Shown piece by piece: positions 51,252 through 59,715 of a stretch of 64,000 bases of DNA. The notes under the pieces were generated by a model. That model searched no databases and was not told the DNA's origin. It was given only the letters and a program-made list of their open reading frames with translations. Source of the DNA: Deferribacterales bacterium (GTDB lineage Bacteria; Chrysiogenota; Deferribacteres; Deferribacterales; Geovibrionaceae); NCBI GenBank assembly GCA_050253075.1, contig JBFWJS010000004.1:96001-160000 (forward strand). The letters are read 5' to 3'. The position numbers were made by a program, and so were the translations under genes. Numbering within the stretch: the stretch's first letter is position 1; every line of letters starts with the position of its first letter.

Positions 51252-52052
51252 ATGTTTACAGATAATAACGAGTACAAAAATGAAATAGAACTTTTGTGTG
51301 AAGAAGAAGCAAAAGAACGGATGAAGTCCTTTTGGTCAGCATTAATAGCTAATCCAGATTATAAAAAATTTCTTTATTATTATATTTTGACAAGTGAAAA
51401 GCAATATTTCAAAAATGACGAGGCTTACAGGCAAATTGAAGAAGAGTTAGAAACCATAACCAAAAATCAAAACGAAGAAGATGTCTATCATGAATTTCTT
51501 GAAGTCATAAAGAAATTGTTGCCCGACACAGAACCAACAAACAAAGATCAGATTATTAAAAAATGTGTCAGCAATCCAGATTTTATAAGACATGTTGCAA
51601 TAAATTCAAAAACAGACAGAGACTACTACGATGCTTTCATGGAAGTCATGAAAATGCTTTTTGAAGATAAGATAAGCATATTAGAGCTACCACCAGAAGC
51701 ATATACTGTATGGTTAAGTTTTACTTGTGGTGCATTAAATCCTACTCAGGCTAAGAAGAAAGTTCTAATCACTGAAGAGCATAGAAAAGTATTTTCCGTA
51801 TGGGCACTAAATGAGTTTTTTAAAGTAAAGCCAAGCACAACTGTTAATGGGGACAAAAACGGTGTTGTTAAGACTTGTGGATTCGACTTAGTAGCCAATG
51901 CTGAATATACTAGTTATGAAGCAATGAAAACACTCTGGAGTAATTATAGGCGTAAAAATACTTACAAATTTTATCGCTTATCTGAAATTGAAGATTTGCC
52001 AGTGATAATAACTGATGAAAACAAAAAGCTACTATTCGAAATAAACGACTGA
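51252..52052 (+). CDS. Hypothetical protein, paralog 2
   Basis: Shares SEKQ, PDT, DRDYYDA, FSVWALN, KFYRxSEIED with paralog 1. Confidence 0.8.
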   Translation: MFTDNNEYKNEIELLCEEEAKERMKSFWSALIANPDYKKFLYYYILTSEKQYFKNDEAYRQIEEELETITKNQNEEDVYHEFLEVIKKLLPDTEPTNKDQIIKKCVSNPDFIRHVAINSKTDRDYYDAFMEVMKMLFEDKISILELPPEAYTVWLSFTCGALNPTQAKKKVLITEEHRKVFSVWALNEFFKVKPSTTVNGDKNGVVKTCGFDLVANAEYTSYEAMKTLWSNYRRKNTYKFYRLSEIEDLPVIITDENKKLLFEIND

Positions 52053-52202
52053 TCATACATGATATTTAACCTCATCATCCTGAATTAATAATCTCCGTGT
52101 GGCACAACCACATCAAATCTTCCCCACTTATTTTTACCACTCATCACAGATATAGTTTTCTTAACAAATGGCTCGCAAGAGTCAAAAAAAGGAGACACTA
52201 TT

Positions 52203-52784
52203 ATGTGTAAATTAAACAATGTATCAAAAATGTCCGAAGAACAAAAAACTATGTCAGCAGAGCTTAATGACTATCTGTATCGAATTCATGAAGCTATCAG
52301 CGAAGCCAGAAAATCATCTTATAACATTTTCGCTGTATTTCTTGAGGCGCATGAGAATCTTAGCAACATTGAGTTCAATGATTTCTTAGACAAGGTTGAG
52401 TATGAAAAGAGCAGTATCAACAAGATGATGAAAATCTGTAAAAACAAGACTCTAGTCAAGCACATCGGCTTAGGGGGGCTTCCTGAAAGTTGGGGCACAC
52501 TTCATCAAATCGCATTTCTGAAAGAAAGTGATATTGATAACTTCATTAGTGACGGTTCACTAAACAAGAACTCGACCTTTAATGACGTTACGAAGTTACG
52601 TGATTCTACCAAGACTAACTCTGCTAGTACTGGCAGTAAACGTTACGTTCTTCAATTTAAAGAATCTGTCGAAATAGACAACATTGCAAAAAATGAAATA
52701 AAGCAAGCCATAAAAATATTTGAGAAGTACTTTTCTACTGATGGCAAATTATTCAACAAAATATTTGGAAATAGTGAAGGTTAA
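52203..52784 (+). CDS. Phage-type hypothetical protein (DUF3102-like)
   Basis: AGGAG RBS; KMMKIC...LPESWGTLHQI motif. Confidence 0.6.
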   Translation: MCKLNNVSKMSEEQKTMSAELNDYLYRIHEAISEARKSSYNIFAVFLEAHENLSNIEFNDFLDKVEYEKSSINKMMKICKNKTLVKHIGLGGLPESWGTLHQIAFLKESDIDNFISDGSLNKNSTFNDVTKLRDSTKTNSASTGSKRYVLQFKESVEIDNIAKNEIKQAIKIFEKYFSTDGKLFNKIFGNSEG

Positions 52785-52786
52785 TC

Positions 52787-53407
52787 ATGAATAACATGAA
52801 AACATTCGATGATTTCATATTTCATTCAGTACTAAGGAATGAACTAAAATATCTGCTAAATAACCCAGAGAGGATTCCAAGTCCTCTCTGCTTCTACGGC
52901 AGACCAGGCAACGGCAAGACATCTTTTGCTAATTATATAGCAGAAACATTTTGCTCTGAAGGATTTTACTATGACATGAATGAATACAAAAAGAGTGGTG
53001 CAAGTAGTGGGAAACTGCTGGAAACCATTAACCGTTATGCGTCTATGGCAACAATAAATGATGAAAGCAAACCTCTAGGTAAATGTATAATACTCGATGA
53101 ATGGCACAACGCCACATACTCGCAACAAGATGCATATAAAGTGCCTTTTGAAACGTACTCGCAAAAAGCAAACGTACTATTCATACTATGCTTAAACACA
53201 GACTGGAGCCTGCCCATTGAAAAGGCTCTTAGTCCTGCTATTAAGTCTAGGTGTCACTGTGTTTCATTTGATACAAGAAGTTCACAGTTGCCAGAACTTA
53301 AAGCACTAGTTAGTGAGCGATACCCTAATTTGAGTGAGACACAAATAGCTACTGCTTTACCAGACATGCGGGTAATACAGAGACTTGCTGATATGTACTC
53401 AGCTTAA
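52787..53407 (+). CDS. AAA+ ATPase of the clamp-loader clade (RFC/gp44-like)
   Basis: KTFDD, GRPGNGKTS, IILDE, FILCLN, AIKSRC, PDMR. Confidence 0.8.
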   Translation: MNNMKTFDDFIFHSVLRNELKYLLNNPERIPSPLCFYGRPGNGKTSFANYIAETFCSEGFYYDMNEYKKSGASSGKLLETINRYASMATINDESKPLGKCIILDEWHNATYSQQDAYKVPFETYSQKANVLFILCLNTDWSLPIEKALSPAIKSRCHCVSFDTRSSQLPELKALVSERYPNLSETQIATALPDMRVIQRLADMYSA

Positions 53408-53421
53408 GTTCATCAATAATG

Positions 53422-53447
53422 ATCAGCGAGGAATATTCCTCGCTGAT
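53422..53447. repeat. GAGGAATATTCCTC palindrome copy 3 (26-bp perfect)
   Basis: ATCAGCGAGGAATATTCCTCGCTGAT. Confidence 0.92.
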
Positions 53448-53553
53448 TTATTTTCTGAATGCCTGACCGTTTTTATGCAACTCCCCAGCATAACCATTAA
53501 CTAAAGATGTATTTCTTAAACTAGGAATATTATAATCACTACGAGGTGTTTAA

Positions 53554-54759
53554 GTGAAGATTATCAAGAGTTTACAAGACGGTGACGTAGCTCTTTACCA
53601 GAGAGGTAAATACTACCACTGCCGACTGAAAGTGAATAACGAATATATTAAAAAATCATGCAAAACAAAGCATTTAAATGAGGCTGAGAAGTTCGCCTTA
53701 GACAAGTACCTTGAGATCAGGTACAGAGCGGAACATAACCTTCCGATTGAGTCTAAAAAATTCCAGAATGTTGCACATATAGCAATCAGGAACTTACAGA
53801 ACCAACTGGATTCAGGGGATGGCAAGGAGGTCTATTCTCACTACATTGGTTGCTTGAGGCGATATTTCATTCCTTTTTTCAAAAACAAGAACATCGACCT
53901 GATCGGGTACAAAGAAATGAAAGAGTTTGACGAATTCAGAAGAAAGAAGATGGGTAGAGTCCCATCTGCATCTACAATCAAGACTCACACTTCTGCCCTG
54001 AACTATGTCTTTGACATTGCAATTCAGCATCAGTGGATATTGAAGTCACAAATTCCACACCCCAAAAATCAAGGGCGTAAAGCGAGCAGAAGACCGCATT
54101 TTACTAGAGAAGAGTACAGGAAACTCGTTAGGAACATGACTGAATGGTCTAAAACAGGTCACAGAAAAACAACTCGTGATATCAGAGTGCTACTGAGAGA
54201 CTATGTACTGATTCTGGCACATACTGGCATGAGGTGTGGTAGGGAAAGTCTAAACCTTAAATGGAATCAAATCGAGTTCTTTAAGCATAATGGTGATGAA
54301 TATCTCAAGTTCTATGTTGATGGAAAAACAGGTAAGAGAGAACTGATTGCTCACAATAATATAAGAACCTATCTGGAGCGGATTAAGGACAGATTTGAGG
54401 ATTTGAAAGACTTATCTCTGAAAGAATGTACCAATTCAAATGAGTATGTTTTCAGAACTCCTGACGGTAGGAGACCGGGAAATCTGCTTAGAAGTTTTGA
54501 ACAGCTTCTGGTTTATTGTGACCTGTTACATGACAAGTACGGAGACAGAAGAACCCTTTACTCTATTCGCCACACATACGCTACAAAACAACTGAGCAAA
54601 GGAGTTAATATTCACCTACTCGCAAAACAGATGGGGACATCGGTAAAAATGATTGAGGAACACTACTCGCATCTGGTTCCGTCCATGTCTGCGGATATGT
54701 TATCTGGCAGGAATCATTTCAAAGAAGAAATAAATAGTATAAAAGTGGTGGTTAAATGA
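53554..54759 (+). CDS. Tyrosine integrase
   Basis: TGMRCG, GKTG, YSIRHTYAT, QMGTS, EEHY; N-terminal arm-binding-like region. Confidence 0.93.
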   Translation: MKIIKSLQDGDVALYQRGKYYHCRLKVNNEYIKKSCKTKHLNEAEKFALDKYLEIRYRAEHNLPIESKKFQNVAHIAIRNLQNQLDSGDGKEVYSHYIGCLRRYFIPFFKNKNIDLIGYKEMKEFDEFRRKKMGRVPSASTIKTHTSALNYVFDIAIQHQWILKSQIPHPKNQGRKASRRPHFTREEYRKLVRNMTEWSKTGHRKTTRDIRVLLRDYVLILAHTGMRCGRESLNLKWNQIEFFKHNGDEYLKFYVDGKTGKRELIAHNNIRTYLERIKDRFEDLKDLSLKECTNSNEYVFRTPDGRRPGNLLRSFEQLLVYCDLLHDKYGDRRTLYSIRHTYATKQLSKGVNIHLLAKQMGTSVKMIEEHYSHLVPSMSADMLSGRNHFKEEINSIKVVVK

Positions 54760-54941
54760 GTTTCATAGAAATGCTAAAAAAATCTGATAAGAATTGCTTT
54801 GAGTACGACGGGGCTTATATCCTGATTTCAGAGACTAAGGCAGAAATTGTTCATGTCCGAGAAGGTCAGGTTAAGTCCTCGTACTTCAAGCTAAAAATCC
54901 CCAAGAGATTAAAGAGATCTGAGATCATCTATCTCGGATAA
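54756..54941 (+). CDS. Small hypothetical protein coupled to the integrase
   Basis: ATGA overlap with the integrase stop. Confidence 0.5.
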   Translation: MSFIEMLKKSDKNCFEYDGAYILISETKAEIVHVREGQVKSSYFKLKIPKRLKRSEIIYLG

Positions 54942-55016
54942 TTGGCAGAACAATTATGAATTACCGTCGTTGTGAGCTCAAAAAGGTCATCAACTTGAAG
55001 CCTACCAGATTATAAT

Positions 55017-56129
55017 TTAATTTTCTGTTACCTCACAATATTCAATCGAACTATTTATAATGCGTACTTTTTTTATGTCTCCATTTGGTTTTGCTGAATC
55101 AACGCCGAAAAGAACATAATTATCACCTGTAGCTTTATTACTCTTGTATTTAACCCCATGAACAAAAGGTTTTCTACGGTCATCAGATCGTAATGATTTA
55201 AGATATTCACACAAATATTGTGTTGGTAGATATTCAAATTCACTGTTTTCTTCTAATACCGGCTTATTTAACTCCTGTGCAACATAATTCAAAAGGTCAC
55301 GGTAACGTAATTTATCTTTAAATCCATCAACAAACGGAGACTCAATAACCATTTCTTTTCCCAAATCAAGAATTCTCAATTTTTTAACAGCATTAAACTT
55401 TACATAACAGACTTCTGTCTTTACAGGTGGTCGAACCTCATTTATTGCTGTATCAACGTCTGAAGCTAAATACAAGTACGGTATCCCTTTTGGGTTAGCT
55501 CTTCCAGAATTAGCCTTACCAAATGGAGGAGCTTTCAAATCTTTAAATTTGTATTTAGCACCTCCATCATGAATCCGTGCTCTATAAAAGATTTTAGATG
55601 CGTCTACAATTTCATAATTTTTGAATGTAGCGATTCCTGTTTTAATTAAACTTTCAAAATCTTCAAAATCTCTGCCTCTTAATAAAAATCTATTCTTGAA
55701 AATTATGCTTTGAGATATTTTTTGAAAACAAATCTTTCCGTATTCACTATATAAAGAGGAACGATTAGGGAAAATACGACCTATACTATTTGCTGATAAC
55801 TGCAATATAGAATCTTTCTCATCTTTAAAAAGATCGCTTAGTATCAATTCGCATCTCGATTGAGCGATAAACATGTCCCAATCTTTCTGTATTCCTTGAA
55901 AAAGATTAATTTCCCATTTTGATAAAAATGCTGCTCCAAAAATGGAATCGTTGTTATTGATAACTTTATAGAAATTGATTAATTCTAGGAATCTTTCTTT
56001 TAAGGCTAAAATATCTATGACATGATCTCTTATGGCATTACAGTAAGAGCATTTCCCACTGTGCCCTGACTTCAATATATCATTTTTAATAATTTTATCG
56101 TTAAAACACTCTGTACAACAATAACTCAT
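55017..56129 (-). CDS. RES-domain protein with N-terminal Cys-rich region
   Basis: CTECF...CSYC; YRAR, GRANPKGIPYLY, EVRP, YLPTQ, YKS; start at ATG 56129. Confidence 0.88.
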   Translation of the reverse strand: MSYCCTECFNDKIIKNDILKSGHSGKCSYCNAIRDHVIDILALKERFLELINFYKVINNNDSIFGAAFLSKWEINLFQGIQKDWDMFIAQSRCELILSDLFKDEKDSILQLSANSIGRIFPNRSSLYSEYGKICFQKISQSIIFKNRFLLRGRDFEDFESLIKTGIATFKNYEIVDASKIFYRARIHDGGAKYKFKDLKAPPFGKANSGRANPKGIPYLYLASDVDTAINEVRPPVKTEVCYVKFNAVKKLRILDLGKEMVIESPFVDGFKDKLRYRDLLNYVAQELNKPVLEENSEFEYLPTQYLCEYLKSLRSDDRRKPFVHGVKYKSNKATGDNYVLFGVDSAKPNGDIKKVRIINSSIEYCEVTEN

Positions 56130-56212
56130 GTCTTGCCTCACAATTTTTACGTTAATAAAAACACAACTAAATTGCAATTCAATTACGATATGTTTAGAGT
56201 GTACTTCTAAGT

Positions 56213-56845
56213 CTAAAATAAATCCATTGTGCTGTTCGACTGATCTATAGAGTTGAACAATTCCTCGTTATGATATTTCAGATAAATCAGCGTGTTATTG
56301 ATTGATTTATGTCCCAAGAATTTCTGTAAGAGAACTATGTTCATACCTGTTGAGAGAAGGTGAATTGCTCTGGAATGGCGGAACATATGAGAATGTCCGA
56401 AACTCTCTTTAGACTCTCCCAGAGTCCTCCTGATTAGTTTTCTCAGCCTGTACCAGATAGCAGGGTTGGAGATTTGCTTCTTTCCAGATTTCTTTGAAAA
56501 GATGTAGTCCGAATTATTCATATAGTTTTCAGTCTTATGAAGCATGAGTAATTTGGTGAGTTCGGACGAGAGTTTCAGGATACGAAAAGAGGGTTTTCTT
56601 TGCTTAAGTGTCATGACCTTAACCTTGTTCTCATAGAACATAACATCATCAAATTTCACGTTCATCCCTTCTGTTATTCTACATCCAGTCTCGAACATGA
56701 ACAGGAACACCATTTTCCAGAATTTTGAATCCTCTGCCGAAATCAGGGTCATTATATCGGACACATGAAGGTACTTGATTTCGTCTGATTTTTCAGATTT
56801 GACCACTTGAACTAATGTAGTATCACAGATTTGTATTTCTTGCAT
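56213..56845 (-). CDS. Small tyrosine recombinase (ResD-like resolvase)
   Basis: TGCRITE, TLKQR, HMFRHS, LGH, TLIY; no arm-binding domain. Confidence 0.88.
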   Translation of the reverse strand: MQEIQICDTTLVQVVKSEKSDEIKYLHVSDIMTLISAEDSKFWKMVFLFMFETGCRITEGMNVKFDDVMFYENKVKVMTLKQRKPSFRILKLSSELTKLLMLHKTENYMNNSDYIFSKKSGKKQISNPAIWYRLRKLIRRTLGESKESFGHSHMFRHSRAIHLLSTGMNIVLLQKFLGHKSINNTLIYLKYHNEELFNSIDQSNSTMDLF

Positions 56846-56851
56846 AAATAG

Positions 56852-56900
56852 CTCCTAGATTTAGACTTTTACCACTTGGTTATTATATTAAATCTAGGAG
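56852..56900. promoter_or_regulatory. Inverted repeat upstream of the resolvase (candidate res site or operator)
   Basis: CTCCTAGATTTA-25bp-TAAATCTAGGAG. Confidence 0.7.
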
Positions 56901-56988
56901 AGAAATACAGAGAAGAAATAGCATAAAGCTATTAAATACCAATAGTTTAGTTATCAGCATTTAACATTATAGTTCATTCTATTAAATT

Positions 56989-57017
56989 CAATTCAGACCG
57001 TTTTTCGTTCTAAATTA
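56989..57017 (+). repeat. 29-bp arm-spacer-arm site B
   Basis: CAATTCAGAC-CGTTTTTCG-TTCTAAATTA. Confidence 0.8.
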
Positions 57018-58463
57018 ATAGGTCTTTTCAGAGAAGCCAATAATCATGTTCAGTTCTTGGTAGATGAATTGCCTCAGTTCATTTACATCAATTTTACCAT
57101 CAAAGATTACACAGTCATGTATCTGGTAAAAATCAGCGATTCCTTTGCTTTCAATAAATTCAATCATCTTTAATCTAACCTGCCGTTCAACCAGTTCATA
57201 GATTCTGTAAATTCTCCTATCATCTAGAGATTTGCCCCTGCCTTTCCCTTTAAGTGTTTGATTATGTTCCTGTATCTCAGCATCAATCATGTCTTTGAAA
57301 TCCTTAACCCTGATATTGCCAATCTTGAAGAATTCATTTGAATCAGAATTTTGGTGATAGAACTTTTCAAGAACTCTTTCCCTTAGTTTATTTGTTTCTG
57401 CGATATACGGTTCAACTAGTTTCTTGCATTGAAGAATTGATTTTGGCGAAAAAAGATTATTCCTCTGTTTGCAGTATTTGTATATGATTCTGCTCTTTGG
57501 CGAGTAGCTAATAGAAGTAATGATCTCTTTTGCCAGCGGTTCACTGCATCTGAAAACATTGGTGTATTTCCATCTGAACATTGACTTATTGGTTATCAAT
57601 GAATAATGGGCTGGGAAATCTTCTTTAAGATAACTCAGAGAATTCCTCTTGCTCTGAATAATCGTGTTCATGTAATACAGGTTCACCAGAACAGATTGAA
57701 TGGCAGAGTTAATATCTATTTCCGTGTATCCCTTCAATATCACTGACCTGAAATTCTTTGAAAACATACCTATTGTCGTGTATTCCCTTCCGTGCCCCTC
57801 AAGGCTCGACTTTAAGACCTCGTTTTCAGCATATACATATTCACTATCACTACCGATGCAGTTATTCAGCAGTATAAGGAAATCATCACAAAGCCCTTTC
57901 TTAAACTCCTTGTACAGCTTCAAGAAGATGTCTTTTCTCACTTTGATAAAACTATCTGCTTTTTGATCTGCATCGGTTCTGAGAACTGTTCTAATCTTCT
58001 CTTTATGAGCATCTTCGTAATATTGGAACTTATCTAAGTACTTGATCTGTCTAACTGTCAGCCACATTGCAGTATCAACAGCTTTATTGATTAAATCAGA
58101 ATATGTATACCAATGTGGGTAGCCATTACGCTCTGAACCTTTGCTGTTGTTTCTGTGATATGTCGAGTTATCCCCCCTTCGGAAGAATACAAAATACTTA
58201 CTGAGCTTGTTCCTCTTTAATATTGCTAAGTCAGTACTGAAAATGTGGTATTCGTCAACATGTCCGCTACTGGGAAGGTGCTTATTCTGGTAAGAATAAC
58301 TGATTATCTTGGCTAATGTTTCAACCAACCCTTTCAGCGTTAAATGATGGTACTTCACATCCTTGTACTTTCTCAGGATTCTAATCTGGTTTAATATCTT
58401 TTTATTCAGAACTAATTCTAACTTCTCTTGAAATATCTGTTTCATATCTGGCATGTTATTCAA
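57015..58463 (-). CDS. Minimal family-A/T7-like polymerase (TV-Pol-like), start uncertain
   Basis: GREY, motif A EIDINSA, motif B AKEIITSISY (K-x7-Y), motif C QIHDC. Confidence 0.7.
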   Translation of the reverse strand: MNNMPDMKQIFQEKLELVLNKKILNQIRILRKYKDVKYHHLTLKGLVETLAKIISYSYQNKHLPSSGHVDEYHIFSTDLAILKRNKLSKYFVFFRRGDNSTYHRNNSKGSERNGYPHWYTYSDLINKAVDTAMWLTVRQIKYLDKFQYYEDAHKEKIRTVLRTDADQKADSFIKVRKDIFLKLYKEFKKGLCDDFLILLNNCIGSDSEYVYAENEVLKSSLEGHGREYTTIGMFSKNFRSVILKGYTEIDINSAIQSVLVNLYYMNTIIQSKRNSLSYLKEDFPAHYSLITNKSMFRWKYTNVFRCSEPLAKEIITSISYSPKSRIIYKYCKQRNNLFSPKSILQCKKLVEPYIAETNKLRERVLEKFYHQNSDSNEFFKIGNIRVKDFKDMIDAEIQEHNQTLKGKGRGKSLDDRRIYRIYELVERQVRLKMIEFIESKGIADFYQIHDCVIFDGKIDVNELRQFIYQELNMIIGFSEKTY

Positions 58464-58713
58464 TTAAGTGATTTGACCGAGAAGCTCACGAGCGGAAACT
58501 AAGAGTTCTAATACAGTAATGTTTGATGAACCAAAACCAAACAAAAAAGCAACTTTTACTGCTAAGGAAAACTAATCCCTTCTTTGTGTTCCTTTAGTTC
58601 CCTTCTATTAGTTCTAACCTCTTATTTCTTTATTTCTCTTTAATCACCTTTCCTTTAATTTTCCTCTATTATGTTGAACAAGTAACAACCACTTAACCTA
58701 GTTAAATGGCTTT

Positions 58714-58742
58714 TAATTCAGAATATTTTTCGTTCTGAATTA
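58714..58742 (+). repeat. 29-bp arm-spacer-arm site C (perfect arms)
   Basis: TAATTCAGAA-TATTTTTCG-TTCTGAATTA. Confidence 0.82.
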
Positions 58743-58982
58743 GTCCTGTCTTTCTCTTAGTTCTCTGATTAGATCGGCTGTACTGATTGGTTGTATTGCA
58801 GGTTTCATGACCTCTTGTTCCTGAACAATATTGCTTCTTGTACTCTCAGTACCATGCTTGTAATGATGCTCTTTTACCAGATCACAGATAAATGAACTCA
58901 TATTGTTTGACGATGTTTTCAGAATCTCGTAAACCTCTTCTGTAACTGATATTGTCATTGCCTTTTTCTTGTAGTTTTTCAT
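58740..58982 (-). CDS. Ribbon-helix-helix-like small DNA-binding protein
   Basis: AAGGAG RBS; KAMTISVTEEVYEILK...NMSSFICDLV. Confidence 0.7.
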   Translation of the reverse strand: MKNYKKKAMTISVTEEVYEILKTSSNNMSSFICDLVKEHHYKHGTESTRSNIVQEQEVMKPAIQPISTADLIRELRERQD

Positions 58983-59153
58983 GATTTTATCTCCTTTAGA
59001 TAATATTATTTATATCTCTAAATAGGCATTTAAATACTCACAGCGACACAGATAATGGCTAAATAATAGTTTATTACCATATGTTTAACTAAAGAGAGTA
59101 TGAGTCATTTATGAATATTAAGGAATGAACAGGATAAATCCCGAAAGTTATAT

Positions 59154-59173
59154 AGCGAGGAATATTCCTCGCT
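59154..59173. repeat. GAGGAATATTCCTC palindrome copy 4 (20-bp perfect)
   Basis: AGCGAGGAATATTCCTCGCT. Confidence 0.9.
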
Positions 59174-59266
59174 TGTTAGATTTTTTCATATATGGACGTA
59201 CTTGGTTTTAGAGTAAATTGTCTTTGTATCTTTTTGGTGCTAAAATCACCATTAGTGAGGTCAAAC

Positions 59267-59620
59267 ATGAGAACAAACTCTAAAAGCTACATTCAAAATA
59301 ATTTCCCCGACTTACTTCAATATAAATGTACTACTAGTCGCATGTATGAGAGCAAAGATAAATCTAGCTATAATGATAACTGGTGGTTCAACTTCAATCT
59401 TAATGATTTAGGGAAGGACGATTACATAGTATTTGCAGGAGCTTTAGACTACAATAATCAGGATTTTCGCATTTACAAAGTACCAGTTGATTTCATTAAG
59501 AATAATCTCCAACATCTTTATAACAAAGAAGGATTTGTAATTTTGTATATCACTATGGAATCATCTATCGACATCAGGACAAAAAACAAAATTTCTTTCA
59601 ATGCTTTTAGATTAAATTAA
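59267..59620 (+). CDS. Hypothetical protein
   Basis: GAGG RBS before ATG 59267. Confidence 0.7.
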   Translation: MRTNSKSYIQNNFPDLLQYKCTTSRMYESKDKSSYNDNWWFNFNLNDLGKDDYIVFAGALDYNNQDFRIYKVPVDFIKNNLQHLYNKEGFVILYITMESSIDIRTKNKISFNAFRLN

Positions 59621-59649
59621 GCATAAACTTGGCAAGATAAAGTTCAAAA

Positions 59650-59677
59650 AAGGAGCCTCCCTATCGGGAGACTCCTT
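59650..59677. terminator. Hairpin between convergent genes
   Basis: AAGGAGCCTCCC-TATC-GGGAGACTCCTT with upstream A-run. Confidence 0.65.
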
Positions 59678-59715
59678 GAGACCTATATTATTCCCTTTGT
59701 TTGTAGATTTAGCTG

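Noticed and set aside
52059..52087. Fifth 29-bp site (TCCTGAATTA arm); similar partial matches near 53460 and 61557
   Set aside because: Only one arm or the spacer matches; could be chance in AT-rich DNA
48852..54963. CAATTATGAATTA present at about 48852 and 54951
   Set aside because: Short, almost all A/T, only two copies, no extended similarity
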